Below are positions 12,703 to 26,043 of a DNA stretch of 64,000 bases, one piece after another. Both the position numbers and the translations under genes were made by a program. Under the pieces are notes generated by a model. That model did not search any database, had not been told where the DNA came from, and saw nothing but the letters and a program-made list of their open reading frames with translations. This stretch comes from Gnetum montanum. Taxonomy: Eukaryota > Plantae > Gnetophyta. The DNA lies in contig MNCI01000651.1 of assembly GCA_015680685.1 (NCBI GenBank), positions 1,054,001 to 1,118,000 on the forward strand, written 5' to 3'. Each line of letters opens with the position of its first letter. Within the stretch, counting starts at the first letter, position 1.

Positions 12703-14396
12703 TATCCCTATGACTGAATGAAAACTCTTCCTCGAGTTCCTTACAAAATATTATGAAGGTATAGGATTATTGACTTAAATGGAACTAATGGTGAATGGGA
12801 TGACATGTGAACGGATCATCATTACAAGACAAAACAAAACTGGTGTTCATGACAACAAGAGTGAACACCTTATACATTTGACATCAAGCCTCATTTGGTA
12901 GCTAAGAAAGAAGAGAGAAAAGAAAAGAAATATGTTGCTGCCAATGCCAAGATTGCACCTTTTGTTGTCCATCCGTAAGTGCGTCATCAATCTCATTCCT
13001 TGCATAGCGACTTCAGCACCGATCCATTCCAAGTGTTCCCTCTAGATCCAATCCGTTGTTGCATGATTGCCATCTGCACACACAACACAATCTTATATTA
13101 GCAAGGGTAAATGAATCATCATGTAATTGATACCTTACTTCAGTAAAAGGTCCATTGGCTGGGTTGTGGTATGGCTGATACGAATCTAGAGATATATTAA
13201 TGATGACTACCAAAGGTGTAAGGGTTAGGAGAAAATCAAAAAAATTGGACCAGGATCCCCATGACTAAGAGCAAACCTCTAGTAGCGATGGAATGGAGGA
13301 AAAGAAAAAGGAACAAGAAAGATGGAGAAAAAGAGACAACTATAACGTCGATGAAATGGATGTCAAGATGGCAATGAACAAAAAAGAATGGATTGCAAAA
13401 ATGTTAAGGAAAAGAATTTAATGGATGCATCAAGTAGGAATGCCAGTGGGTCCTCCCCAAAGCAGGCTCATGCCCTTAATGCCCTGACAAACCCACATTC
13501 AAAGAGTCCATAGGCTCTAGGAATGTCATTTGGAACAAGAGTTAAAGTCTTAACTGCAATAATTTACCAAAAAGAAAACAATGTGTCAACCAAAATATGA
13601 ACTACTGATACAACCGGAAATGAGGTGAATAATGGAGGAAGAATGACGGAAAGGAGAAAATGGAATGGAGTCTCAAGAACAAGGTGGTGTATAGCCCCTT
13701 GTGTGTTTCATGATTAATGTAACTTAGTAGATCCCATTCCAAGTCTGGCCTCAAACAAACCACATCCAATGACTTCGCATCAATGCATTTGGCCAATCCA
13801 TCCTCTTGAATAATAAGAATGCCTTCACCCAAGAGCCACCACCATTCCGATGAAACAAAGGAGGAGAGAATGGGAAGCGAGNAACAGTAAGAAAACTCAA
13901 GAAGAAAACATCCAAGCACCCAAGAGAATGGCCAACACAAATGCATCAAGTTCCCTTGAAGTTACACCCTTTTCAAGCCTTAAGTCCTTCCTTAGTTTGA
14001 GAAATTCCCACTCACCGATTCATTGATGGTTCTTATTAGAAAGGAACTGTACAATTCCAAGCTAAGAGAGACCATAGAGATTTGTGGACGAATGGATGAA
14101 GTGGACTCATTGCCTGTCATATCAAAAGAAACATACCTTAGTATCAACATCATAACTTAAAGGTAAAAACCAAACATTAGCAATCAATAGGAAAATAGTT
14201 CATACCATCATGAAGAACACTTATTAAATGACAAACTTACAAGATGGATAACACACACACACACACACAAAGAAATGCAAAAGTATGAATGATGTTGTAA
14301 AACAAAAACAAGAAAAGTTAAAGAAATTTGTAAAACAAAAATGTGTAAAAAATGTGTAAAATAAAAACTTAAAAGAACTAAGGGTTCCAAATGGTT

Positions 14397-17300
14397 AGCG
14401 TAGGTGGCCATCTCCCCCTTGACTAAATTGAAAGGGAGAGATCCAAAATAATGAGCGAGGTTGTCCATTATCAGAGGTGTAATTTGCACTGGCTATTCTT
14501 GATTCACGGAAGGGTTTTGTTTGTTACACATTGACCAGTAACCTCTTATCTGGGCTTTCAGGCTTGTATATTGTCATGGCTCCTAAGGAAAAGGTCGTAT
14601 GAATAATATAATGTCCTTCCCACAATGTTTGAAATTTCGTATGTTGTGGTACATGCGTGGGGTTCCAGTAAAGGACCTTATCTCTTGGTTGGTACTTAAC
14701 CCTTCGAATTCTTAAGTCATGATGCTACTTGTTATGTGCCTTATGCAACTCATTTGATGACAAAGCAACCAATCTATTCTCGTCCAGCACGTTCAGAGTT
14801 GTCAATCTTTGTTTTTGTGCTAGGTCGAGGTCAAGGTGAAGGTCACATGCCATGGATAGTATATAGAGCTCAGTTTGTATAGGGAGCTTTAGCAATTTTT
14901 CGTATACTAACTCATAGGGAGAGTAGCCTGTAGGGAGTTTCCAAGTGGAGCAGTATGCCCAAAGAGCATCATTCAGTTTTATGCTTCAATCTCACCTAAA
15001 GTTGCTAATTGTTCTTGTTAATATTCTCATAATCTCCCGATTCGTGACCTTGGCTTGGCCATTAGCTTGGGGGTGATAAGGTGTGGTCAACTTATGTTCA
15101 ACCCCTAAGTGTTGCATTAATTTGTGAAAGGTTGCACCTATAAAATGTGTTCCATTATCAGAGATGAGTGCACGCGGCACACCAAACCTGTTTACGATTT
15201 GTTGTTTACAAATCGTGCAGCCGTAGACGATGTATAGTCTTTTACAACAGCTGCTTCAACCCACTTAGTTAAATAGTCAACAGCAATAATGATATAAGCT
15301 CTTCCATTGGACATTGGTGTAATGGGCCCCATAAAATCTATTCCCCAAATGTCGAAGGGTTCCAAAGGTTGAATCCATTATTGCAGACCCTCTATCCTAG
15401 TAGTCATACCACCATCATGCTGACAACGCTCACAAGATTGGACAAATTGATGGGCATCCCAAAATAGCGTTGGCCAGTAGTATCCGGCAAGTAGGATCTT
15501 CATGGTCGTTTGTCTCCCTACATAGTGGCCCCCATAGGGTCCCTCATGAGCATCTTGGAGAACTCTCAATTAATCCTCATCAGGCACACACCATCAAACC
15601 AAGCTGTTAGGACAGACTTTATAGAGTTGTCTCTTGATTTCAATGAAGTACTTGGTTTTGTGAAGAAACTATTGCTTCTTCCTAAATTCCAACCCCTATG
15701 GTGTTTGTTGGGAAAGGAGATAAGTAAGAATGCTACTATACCAAGTTGTTCCTGTGGGTTGGTTATTCACTACACCAGCAAAGAGGGTTTTGTCAGGAAA
15801 ATGATCAGATATGGCATATTCATCCTCTTTGTTGTCCCAGTGCAATCGAGATAAATGATTGGCAACTACGTTCTCGGTGCCCTTTTGATCTACTATCATT
15901 AGATTGAACTCCTAAAGGATTACCAACCAACGTATAATATGAGGGATAATCGTTGGCTTATTCATAAGGAACCTAATTGCACTATGATATATATGAATGT
16001 ATACTTTGTAGCTTAATACATAGTGCCTAAATTTTTCTAGTGCAAACACTACAGCCATTAATTCCTTTTCCGTAGTTATGTAGTTGAGTTATGCACCGGA
16101 AATACTCTTACTCACACAGTGGATGTAATAAGGGTGTTTTTGTTCATCTAACTGTGTTAGTACGACTCCTAAGGCATAATTAGATGCATCGGTCATTATA
16201 TGAAATGGCCTAGACCAGTCAGGGGCTTGTAGAATAGGGGTTTCCACAAGCCTTTTTTTAGAGTTTGGAATGCTCGTTCACATTCCCTGGTCCATTCAAA
16301 GGCTGCATCTTTTTTCGTTAGTTCTACCAACAGTTTGGCAATCTTGGAGAAGTTCTCGATAAATCTCCTATAGTAGCCAATGTGTCCAAGGAATGATCAA
16401 ATGTCTTTGACTATTTCTGGTTGTCAAGTGATTCCTTGGATGACCTTAACTTTTTTTGGATCTACCTCTATTTCTGATTGTGAAAATTTATGCCCCAGTA
16501 CTATGCCCTCTTGAACCATCAGATGGCTTTTCTGCTAGTTGAGCTTTAGGTTGGTTTCAACGCATCATTTCAACACTTGCTCTAACTAGTCTAGGGCTTG
16601 ATCAAAGCTTGTCCCATAAGTGGAGAAGTCATCCATAAAGACTTCTGCTCCGTTACCTATTTTCTATTGAAATATGCTTAGAACTAATCGTTGGAATGTG
16701 GCAGGGGCATTGCACAAGCCAAATGGCATTTGTTTATATGCAAACGTTCCCCAAGGACTGGTGAACGTTGTTTTGACCTGGTCTTCTAGTGTGATTCGTA
16801 TTTGGTTGTACCCACTATAACCATACTGAGAACTGTAGTAGCAATGCCCCGCTATAGTGTCTAAGACTTGGTCAACAAATGGCAATGGGAAGTGATCCTT
16901 GAATGTTGCCATATTTAATAGCCTAAAGTCTATACATACCCTCCATTTGCCTTCTTTTTTAGGTACGATTACTAGAGGACTAACCCATTTGCTATCAGCA
17001 ATGGGATAAATGAACCCAGTCTTGAGAAGTTGCTCTATTTCTTCTTTCACTATTTGTTTCAACTTCGGGTTCAATCACCTTTGCGGTTATTTTTGAGGCT
17101 TCATGGAGGGGTCCGTGTAAATCCTATGCTAGCATATCCTAGGATTGATTCTAATTAATTCAGGGTATGACCAAGCAAAGGTTGTTGACCATTTATTTAT
17201 CACCTTTAGCAAACTCTCTTTTTGCTTGGAAGCAAGCTTTGGGTTGATTATTACCAGTTTTCCATTTTGCAGGGTCATGTATTCCAGATCGGTGGGTAAT

Positions 17301-20300
17301 GGTTTTAAATCTAGGGGCTCTTGTTTAAATTCCTCAGGAATCTCCAACTTCCCCCAGTTAATTTTTTCAGAGTCAAGGGCTTGAAGTTGGCAATGAACTT
17401 GCTCAAGTGCATCTACACTTTCAATGTAAGCACTAATTATGCCCTCAGTCAGTTCCATGCATGTTATCGAGTTGCTCTCTTGATCACCCATCAGCCACTA
17501 GGTGTTTTCTTGTCATGTGGCTACTGCATATAGGCACTTTTGTATGTTAATGTCTTGTGCACACCAATTGCATGTAGGCAATGTTAAACTTTGCATCACC
17601 CATGATTTCTACACGCAATGGCACCCTATGTCACTATATGCGATGCATGGAACTCTCTCCTTCTCAATCTTTCCAAAAGTATTTTTCTTGGATATTTCTA
17701 GGGAAAGATTGCAGATTCCTAGGCATGCATCTATTGTACTCAGCCATGCCCTTCCCATTATTATCAAGAAGTCTCCTTTGTCATTGTTTATTTGGATCAC
17801 CAAGAAATCAGCTGGGTATGACCAACCACCCACGGTGGTAACAATGTCCTCAACCTATCCCAAGGGAATGGTGATGGACTGGTTAGCCAGCTCTAAGCAA
17901 ATATTACTCTTCTTGAGTGGAGGTAGGTTCTAAGTTTTATAAAATTCTTGTGAAATGAGGCTGACTCCGGAGCCTGAGTCAAGAAGAGCCTTATGAGGTT
18001 CATTCCTAGCAACTTGAAGATAAATTAGGGGCCTCCCAGGATCAAAGAATTTCTTAGGAAGGTGGCCTACCTTAATCCAATCGGTAACGGTATGTGTTAA
18101 CATAACTGTGTGCATTGGCCTCACTTTTTGGTTTGAAGGGGGTCCCAAAACTTTATTTGGTACAGAGGTGTTGAGATTTTCACCTGCTTGTGAGGGCGAG
18201 GGCTTGGTTGGATTTTTGGTTCTGAAGAAGGGTCTTTTCAGCATAATATTATCAGGACCAACTGAGAATTGAGGATTGGGAGCCCTCGTGACATTGGATT
18301 GCTGCGGTTGAGTGGGAAATACCCTTGGCATTGTTGGAGTGGTTGCTGGTGGAGCTACTAGCGTAAGAGGTGTGGGTGGATTCGGAGGATGGCATGCATG
18401 CGGAGTGTCCCTTCCAGGAGGGGAAGTCTGAAAATACTATTGAACTGGGTAGTGACGTTGTAGGGTTACATGACCCATAGAGTCACTTGGAAAAACCGGC
18501 TACTACACGTAATAACCATATGGGTTCGGCTGCTAGTAAGGGTATTTTTGTCTAGGCGGTGACATCCCCCATGACTGTGGGTGTTGTCACTACTGATGCT
18601 GCCTAATAGGTTGTGGTGGAGTTCCACTTGGATAGTACGTTAACGGTTGGTGGAACTATCTCAGGTTACCTTGGGGATAAGGTAACCTTTGGGGTGCCTA
18701 CTGTCTGTTAAGTCTTGGGTTAAGTGCATACACCCTAGACTCTTGTAGATGTGAGATGATTGGACAACATCCCTTAGGATGGTCATATTGGCAGATCTCA
18801 CATCCACCATCATTGTCTATGTCAGAATCCACAACCTCATCAGAGATAGTAATTTTTCCCTTACCCTTGTCATGTGCATGGCCTGCATCTCTCCGCTTTT
18901 TCTTATCAAAGTCACTACCTCGTTCCACCTTAGACTCCTCTACGATTTCTAGGATAGTTTCAAGTCTAGAGTCTAAGGAATCCCATAATTGATCCACCTT
19001 AGTTGACACTTCGGTTGTTAACTTCTAAAGCAACAAGGTTTTTCTATTCACCAACTCTTCGAGTGGTGACTCGTCCTCCTCAACACAAAATTTCACTTCC
19101 TTCTTTCGAAGCGAAGGATCACGGTTATATTCCTCCGCGCTCTCTCTTTTCCATAGCTCCCCTTCTTCTTTGGCTACTTGCTCCAACAATCAATGAATCT
19201 CATTGGCTCTAAGCTTAGATAGTCTCCCTTGGGCATAAGTCCCAAGGGTTCTCCTAGTCTCATGTCTTAGCCCATCCACGAGGTGGTGTACTTGATCCGG
19301 TTGTGCATAACCATGGCCTGGGCAACGATGTAGCAATGCATAGTATCGGCCCATCGCAGCATCCAAGGGTTCGTGATTACCCTGCTTTCATCCTTGGATC
19401 TGCTTACGCAAGTTAGACACTCTGGAGTATGTTTGGTATTTATCGTTGAACAATTCTAACATCGTACACCATCTCCTAATGGTTTCTAGCTCTAAGGATG
19501 AGTACCAACTCTCTACTTCCTTTATGAGTGTCCTAGGAAACAACTTTAGTTTTTGCCACTCATTTTCTATATTTTGCAAGGTGCAGACATCGTGGAATGC
19601 CTGTAAATTATTTTGTAGATTAGCGTTGTATCCTCCTTCAAAGCGTGGGATATTATTCTTATCTAATCTTTTAATCCGACTATCTTTTTCATGCCTTGTG
19701 GGTATTCTCACTACCTCCATTATATCTAGCATACTTCATGTTGCAAGTAGGGGCTCTTCATGATCATCTCTTTCATGATGTCTATGATGTCTACGTTGTT
19801 CCCTACTTTCCCTTCATTCATGCCTTGATTCTCTTGACTAGCCTTGTCCTCTCTCTTGACTTTCTCGTAGAGGTCTCTCATTTTGCCTACCCTTATCCTC
19901 ACCATTATGTTCCTTATGGCTGTGCCCAGATGTGGAAGGAAAGGGTGAGTGATGTGATGAAGGGGAAGAAGAAGGAGAACCATTTCCATGACGATGTTTC
20001 TCACCTTCTCTTCTGTGACTACGGCCCCGATCATGATGACGATCTAAGTGCCCATCCTTGTCATGTGTTGTTGTTCCCTCAATGAATAGTTGGTGTTCAG
20101 GGGGATCAGAACCAGGGTTGTGTATCGTAGAGCACAGGTTCTAATACCTCACCTCCTCACCATCGTTAGGAAGGGGAACATCATTTGATGGAGAACCCGT
20201 TATGAGTGGTTCACCATCTCCAATTTCACTTAGGATGTGTGGGATCCCTTTGCCCTTCAACAGTGTATGGTGGCTCTTCTTTCGTGAGTCCCTTAAACGT

Positions 20301-20632
20301 TGTGCTTCTATGGGATGATAATCCCTTATGTTGAAATCACCTACAACATATTTAGCATATAGCTGTGTCATGCCAATCTGTGCAAGAGCACAGAGGAGCA
20401 TGTTTGGGACTAAACGATTTGGAGGTAACACTATGTTACCTTGCAAGTCCCTCCATCACAGCTGTTCATCCTGATGGAGGATAAAAGTGAAATAGGGTAT
20501 ATACTCATCGTGATGAGTATACACTACCCGATGTTGTTGAGGAACTGGCGGTTCACGGTTATGTGTGTTAGACTGCCGACTGTTTCTTGTATGATCCCTA
20601 GGTGGTGAAATGTGCTTATGAGAAGAAGACAT
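14397..20632 (-). pseudogene. gag-pol: gag-pol polyprotein pseudogene of element A
   Basis: Gag (IPRFEGG..LKLFPRTL..ESWYSSL), knuckle CEICQYDHPKGCCP, protease LLDSGSGVSLI, RT (WVSPLVIVPKKEGKWRVCIDFR..MPFGLCNAPATFQR..FMDDF), RNase H (ENVVANHLSRL), integrase (HEGPYGGH..CERCQ, ISDNGTHF, YHPQANGQ); many stops. Confidence 0.95.
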
Positions 20633-20757
20633 CTTGATTTAATTTGGTGTGCTATTAACCATTATATAATTTTTTATTTAATTAACCCTAAGGGTTTGTT
20701 TAAGCTCCCAACAACGTGGATAATTTCCTATGTTCGACTTAGCGCACAAACACTTCG

Positions 20758-20775
20758 TCCCCGGCAACAGCACCA
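20758..20775 (-). promoter_or_regulatory. tRNA-Asp primer-binding site (Athila type)
   Basis: Minus strand TGGTGCTGTTGCCGGGGA, 1 nt from the LTR end. Confidence 0.92.
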
Positions 20776-21037
20776 ATGATGAGTGGCAAGGTACCCCTAC
20801 ACTCAACCATATGAATACAAGCGTTAGACACGCAATCTAGTCAAACTCTGTAGACTAAGTGCCTACATGCCTCATGGAACACTTAAGGTTAATCGTTTGT
20901 TATCTTCCTAGACTTACTTGTATTTGTCACGGTTGTATGGTTAAGTAAGTCTGAGGTATGTGATTTTTATATATTTTCTATTTTATCTCCTATGCTAATA
21001 AGGTGAAGGATGAAGAGACTAATTCACTAACTTTAAC

Positions 21038-21980
21038 TGATGAGTCGCGAGGTACCCCTACACTCAACCATACAATACAAGCGTGCACGCGCGATCCGGT
21101 CGAACTCCGCAGACTAAATGCCTTAACACCACAAGAAACACTTGGGGTTAATCGTTCGTTGTCTTCCCAGGCTTGCTTGTAAGTGTCACGGTGTATGGTT
21201 AAGCAAGTCTGAGGTATGTGATTTTTTTGGTATTTTTCGGTTTATCTTCTATGCTATCAGAGGAAAGGGTTGAGAAACTAAGCTAACTCTAACTAATGTC
21301 CTAAGTCTAAATTAACTAGCGTCAGCATCCGTTCCCACTTACCGGACACACCCTGAACTATGCAACTGTGGCTTACCAAACGCTAATCGTTACTGGGATC
21401 ACCACACGTAACGCAAGTGCTCGAAGTGGTCGTACTGAGGCACCTATTTAGCTTAAGTGTGATAAGCAGCCGATTCCTTAGCTAGCCGTACACACCCGTG
21501 GGTGCTCGTAACTAAGTCGTACTTATCACACGTTCTAGCCTAGCAATGAGTAGCCGATTCCTTGACTAGCCGTACACATTGGACTACCACTGGGATTACC
21601 AAGCGCAGAATCCTGGAATACGCTACTGGGTTACCAAGCAGCCAATGCTCGTAATCAAGTCGTACTCATGCGTTGCGACAAGCAGCCGATTCCTTGACTA
21701 GCCGTACACGTCCGTAGACGCTCGTAATCAAGTCGTACTTGTGCGCACTAGGAAAGCAGTAAATAAACAACAATAAAACCATGTACTGCAAGGTTTATTG
21801 AATCAAGTTCGTCTTTATTGCCGTACACAACTTGGGTTCAGGTTACAAGCTGCTCGAATAAAGAGCCGTTCACTCTAGGACTCCTACTGCGGGCACATGG
21901 GAAAAATTCTAACTCTGGAGTGATCAATCTGCCAGAGCTTCGCTACTTCTAGCCAGGATTGGGAAATGAAGGGAGTGTCT
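21038..21980 (-). mobile_element. Nested, truncated LTR of a related younger Athila subfamily
   Basis: A second TGATGAGTCGCGAGGTACCCC start inside the host LTR; CpG-rich; ~300-bp extra repeat module; the other end is lost, so there is no TSD. Confidence 0.88.
21322..21747 (-). ncRNA. Putative structured RNA module, four copies, inside the nested LTR
   Basis: Three-stem hairpins with compensatory changes, G-U pairs and UNCG/YNMG loops that work only on the minus strand; function unknown. Confidence 0.7.
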
Positions 21981-22303
21981 AGAGCTTCGCTACTTCTAGC
22001 CAGAGATTTAATTAACTAATAAAGCATTTAAAAGATAAATAATAAATAAAGTCCTATTTAGCCTATTCCATGTACTGCAAGGTTTATCCAAGAAGTTCGT
22101 CTTTATTTCCATACACAAACTTGTGTTCAGGTACAATATTTGCTCGAATAAAGATCCGTTCACTTTGGAGTTCCTACTGTAGGCACATGGAAATTATTCT
22201 ATTTCTAGAGAGGTAAAACTGCCAGAGTTTCACTATGGTCTGGGCCTAGAATGAGAAACAGGGGAGAGTCGCCTCTTATTTGATATCACATCCCATCAAT
22301 AAG

Positions 22304-22800
22304 TGAGCTTAAAATGGTTCTACAAGCCACGTAAGCTCAAGAAACACTTTGTCATTTCAGACAGCTTGTAGAAGCAAAAAGTGGTTCTATGAACTGGTTC
22401 TACAAAGTAACCACATAGCCACTCTACCACGTCAAATCCTTTTATGGAGCAAGCTTGTAAAGCATAAAAATAGTTTTATTCTACAAACCAAATCTCAGGA
22501 CCATGAAAGAATACAATTAAATTTATGCACATGCTCACTAAATTTTTAATCTAGCTTAAAATACTAAGTAAAAGGCTAAAACATATAATACAATTTGTAG
22601 AGCAAGAATCTGGTTCTACAAGATAGCTCAAGAAACACTTCGCCACATTAGCCTAAAAGAAGGAGATCGTTTGTAAAGCTAAAATTTGACTCTACTAGCA
22701 AACATAGGAATGGCTCTTACACATTAGCTACTTTGTAAAACAAATATATGGAGCTTAAATTTAGCTTTTTAAGAATATTTCAAAAGGACTCTATAAGTTG
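22304..22800. repeat. Continuation of the GTAGAGCC..GGCTCTAC hairpin array
   Basis: Copies near 22368, 22596 and 22672. Confidence 0.8.
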
Positions 22801-23131
22801 ACATTAGCGTTAAAATAAAGCTACAATGATAAGAATAGGTCACGATATTAAAACCTAAACCCTTAAGCATTAAACAAAGTAGCTCAACAGAATTGATGCT
22901 TGTAACATGTGTCAAAAATTGAATCGAACATCCTATTCAAAGTGAGCAAATTAGAGAATAAATCTCTAAATATTAATAAGTAAGGTCTAAAAAAATTTCC
23001 AACATACAACCATTAACAAATAGAGTTAGAAACTAAAACAAAGCTAACAGCTTAAACAGATCCAAAAGAAGAGATAGAGCAATCATTAAATAGTGTAGAC
23101 AAGCTTTAGAATCCTTAGGAAAATAGTTAAG

Positions 23132-25986
23132 ATGTCACATAATGAGAATTAAGAGGCTCCCCAAAAGTTTTAGAATGTCAATGCCTCTGAATTCATATAG
23201 TAGTTCAAATTGAACATCTATCAGCTCTATCAAATAATTGATATAGCACACCTAGAGCTACAAGTAGAAGAGGTAGACCTATTTAATTTTAATGAAGATC
23301 ATGATTTGGTGGAGAAATCATGCTTGCATTTTGTAGAATCATTGGAGGAATGGTGAGAGATTTACATGAAAATAGGGCTACATAAGCTTGATTTCAAACC
23401 TAGGGTAAATCCAATTATTGATGTCCTCAATCATCTAAAGCAAAGATAATTTATAAGAATGATAAGCTATGGTTTAGGGGTAACACTAAGCACTTTATCA
23501 ACATCAACATTCAAAAAGCATATGAGCTCTAAGATATCATTGAGCTAAATATTACTAAAATAGAAACTCACCTGTATAATGAAGAGGTGTTGAGTGGAAA
23601 ATTTTGGAATCATCCTAAAATAGGGAACAACATCAAGCTACCACTTGCTAATCTAGAAAAGGCCTAGGGGTATAGAATTACCATCCCTAAAGCTTTAAAG
23701 CTCAGTTTCCCTCATAGAATTTTTATGTCTACTTTAAATTTTTGTTCTAGTTATGTAGTCAATACTGTGATTAATTCCCATGTCTAGGCCTATATAGCTT
23801 TAGAAAATAAAAGGCATTTCTTTCCTATATAATATATGAATGATGCATTACAGCATATCCTATCTAAGATTCGCAAGCAAGTAGTTTAGTTAAGTCTTAG
23901 CTAATTTTTGTTAGACTGCTTACCGAGTGAAGTTCCTTTGCCCAAGAGGATGGCTCCAATTTTTGTGAAGTATGCATCACAAAGAGGAGCTTGTTTAGAG
24001 GATTCTTGCTATAACTTCTTTCTAGTTATCTATCAAAGGATCTACTTCAATGTGCAACTCTTGGAATTTCCAATGAATTCTATTTGCCCCAACCTAATAA
24101 AGTTGATTTTAGGAGTTTTTCCTACCAAGGATGGACCAATAGGTTGTTAATGAAATAAGGGGAAAATGCCATAGAGTTATCTTTCTTCATGCTCGTTACA
24201 CCTAGATACTTATAGCAAGTTTTAAAGAAAAGGTTTTCAAGCTACCAAGGATTGTGACTCCATACTTGTCTACATCAAAAGTTGGATTACAGCTATGGGA
24301 GAGCTATCTAAGGCATGACTACAAGTACAAGGTGGTTTTCCTTCTTAAATTTAACTTTTGAAAATCCATTAATTTAGGTTATTTGAGAGCTATGGCCAGG
24401 AGATACAAGAAGAAATGTAAATTTTCTCTATCTTAGAAGCAAATATACTCCACTACCAGGACAAGAAGGTTGATCTACCAGATGATATCGATTTAGTCTA
24501 TTTTTGAGCTACTAACAAAGAGGTCAATCAAGTCAAAGAAGAAACTCTAGCATGGCTAAAAAAGATCCTATTAATAAAGTTATTAGCTATAGTTTGTGAT
24601 GTCCCAATTATTAAAGTATGTAGATGGATGGAGGATAAAGACCACCCTTTAGCAAGAGAGTTCTCAGAGAAGCATCAAGATATAATGGAAGAGAATTATT
24701 TTTCTTGGAAACTACTAGAGCTAGAGAATGTCATGACCAATGATAAGTTTCCCCTCAATGGGGCTGAATATGCTAGAGTAAAAGTCGTGAGGAAGGCTGG
24801 AGTTGAACAAGCAAAGGCTAAGAAGAAGTAATAGCAATAACAATTACAGTAATAGCCACAAGAATAAAAGTTAAAAGAGCAACAATAGCAACAACTACTT
24901 GAAAATTAAAAATTGATGGAGCTACAATAGCAATAGTAGCAATAAAAGGAGGGAGAAATCTCATCATCTATCCTTACTATTTTAAATTTCCCTTCGATAT
25001 ATTTAATGAAATTAGTAGCATGATCATTCAAGATTAACGAGAAAGAGGGTATTATCATATTGAGCTAGAAGCTTCCCACCAAGCCAAAGATAGAAGCCAT
25101 CATCATCTTCCAACACAAGAAAGATGACCCACAAATAGGGAAGTAAAAGCTAGCAATGTCACATGAAAATATATCAGACACCATAGCTACTTTGGTCAAG
25201 GATATCAAACAAATAAATGATGATCAAAAAGCTAAACTAAAAGAATTTTTATTGCAGAAAAAATAAGAGACATCCAAGCTACAAGAGGAAATGAAAAACT
25301 TAAAGGAAGATAGTGAATAGCTGAAAGCAATGATAACCATCAAGGAATCATTGCTGAAAAATAAAGACCATGAAGTAGCTTGAATGAAGGAGAGATTGGC
25401 TATCACCAGCTCTTAATTAGAGCAAGCTGAAAAAGGAAAGGCCCAAAATTATGCGTACCTAGTTCAACCAAATTTTAGAGATGTAATTACTAAGGTTAAT
25501 TACAATAGAGAATGGGTACAAGAAACTCAAGAAGAAATTAGGGAGATAAAGAGGAAAGAAGCTATCTTTGTAGATATGTAGAGAAGAGGCTAAGACCTAG
25601 ATGATCTAGCTAGAGCAAAAAGGGAAGAACTAACACAATACATATAATGCTTTCTAGATATGATGATGATGGTAGTTACTAGAATCATGAGTGAAACTAC
25701 TAGAAAGAATTTAGATTTGGAAAAGGCCTATTCAAATGTAAGCGCTACACCAACAAAATTAACCAACTCCATAATAGAATCAAATCTAGGAAGATTAGCC
25801 ACTGAAGATATGCTCGAGGGGCTCAATAGCTCAGAACTAGCTCCAATGAATCAAGCCATCAAAATCCTCCTTAATCATGGAAAATTAACATACTAATTAT
25901 TGATGAAAGAATTTTGGGTTCATAGGATGCAAATAATTTGTTTAGAAGCTAAACAGTCATCTAATGCTTTATATATATGTGGATAG
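23132..25986 (+). pseudogene. Decayed ~950-codon ORF of unknown function with a coiled-coil-like C-terminus
   Basis: MSHNEN*EAPQKF..; long in-frame stretches whose stops are consistent with CAA/CAG/CGA>TAA/TAG/TGA; ORF-track pieces 23908, 24628 and 25660 are collinear; E/K/Q/L-rich at 25150-25700. Confidence 0.75.
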
Positions 25987-26043
25987 AACATGAGGAAATT
26001 GTAGCTTTTAATCTTTTGTAATGATTATAACTACTAGAGCCTA

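Larger units (their letters stand above)
11912..22298 (-). mobile_element. Full-length Athila-like Ty3/gypsy LTR retrotransposon (element A), inactivated
   Basis: Perfect TSD ATAAG (11907-11911, 22299-22303); paired LTRs; tRNA-Asp PBS; gag-PR-RT-RH-INT order. Confidence 0.96.
20777..22298 (-). repeat. 5' LTR of element A, carrying a nested LTR and two deletions
   Basis: 20777-21037 and ~22004-22298 match the 3' LTR; ~175 bp and ~58 bp are missing. Confidence 0.92.

Noticed and set aside
13602-13949. Hydrophobic 115-aa ORF in the 3' region of element A as env-like gene
   Set aside because: Short, composition-driven, contains an N base, and has no homology to the accessory ORF of the other copies.
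17145-20085. Plus-strand ORFs in the track (17145, 17502, 18756, 19446, 19696)
   Set aside because: Antisense shadows of the minus-strand gag-pol.
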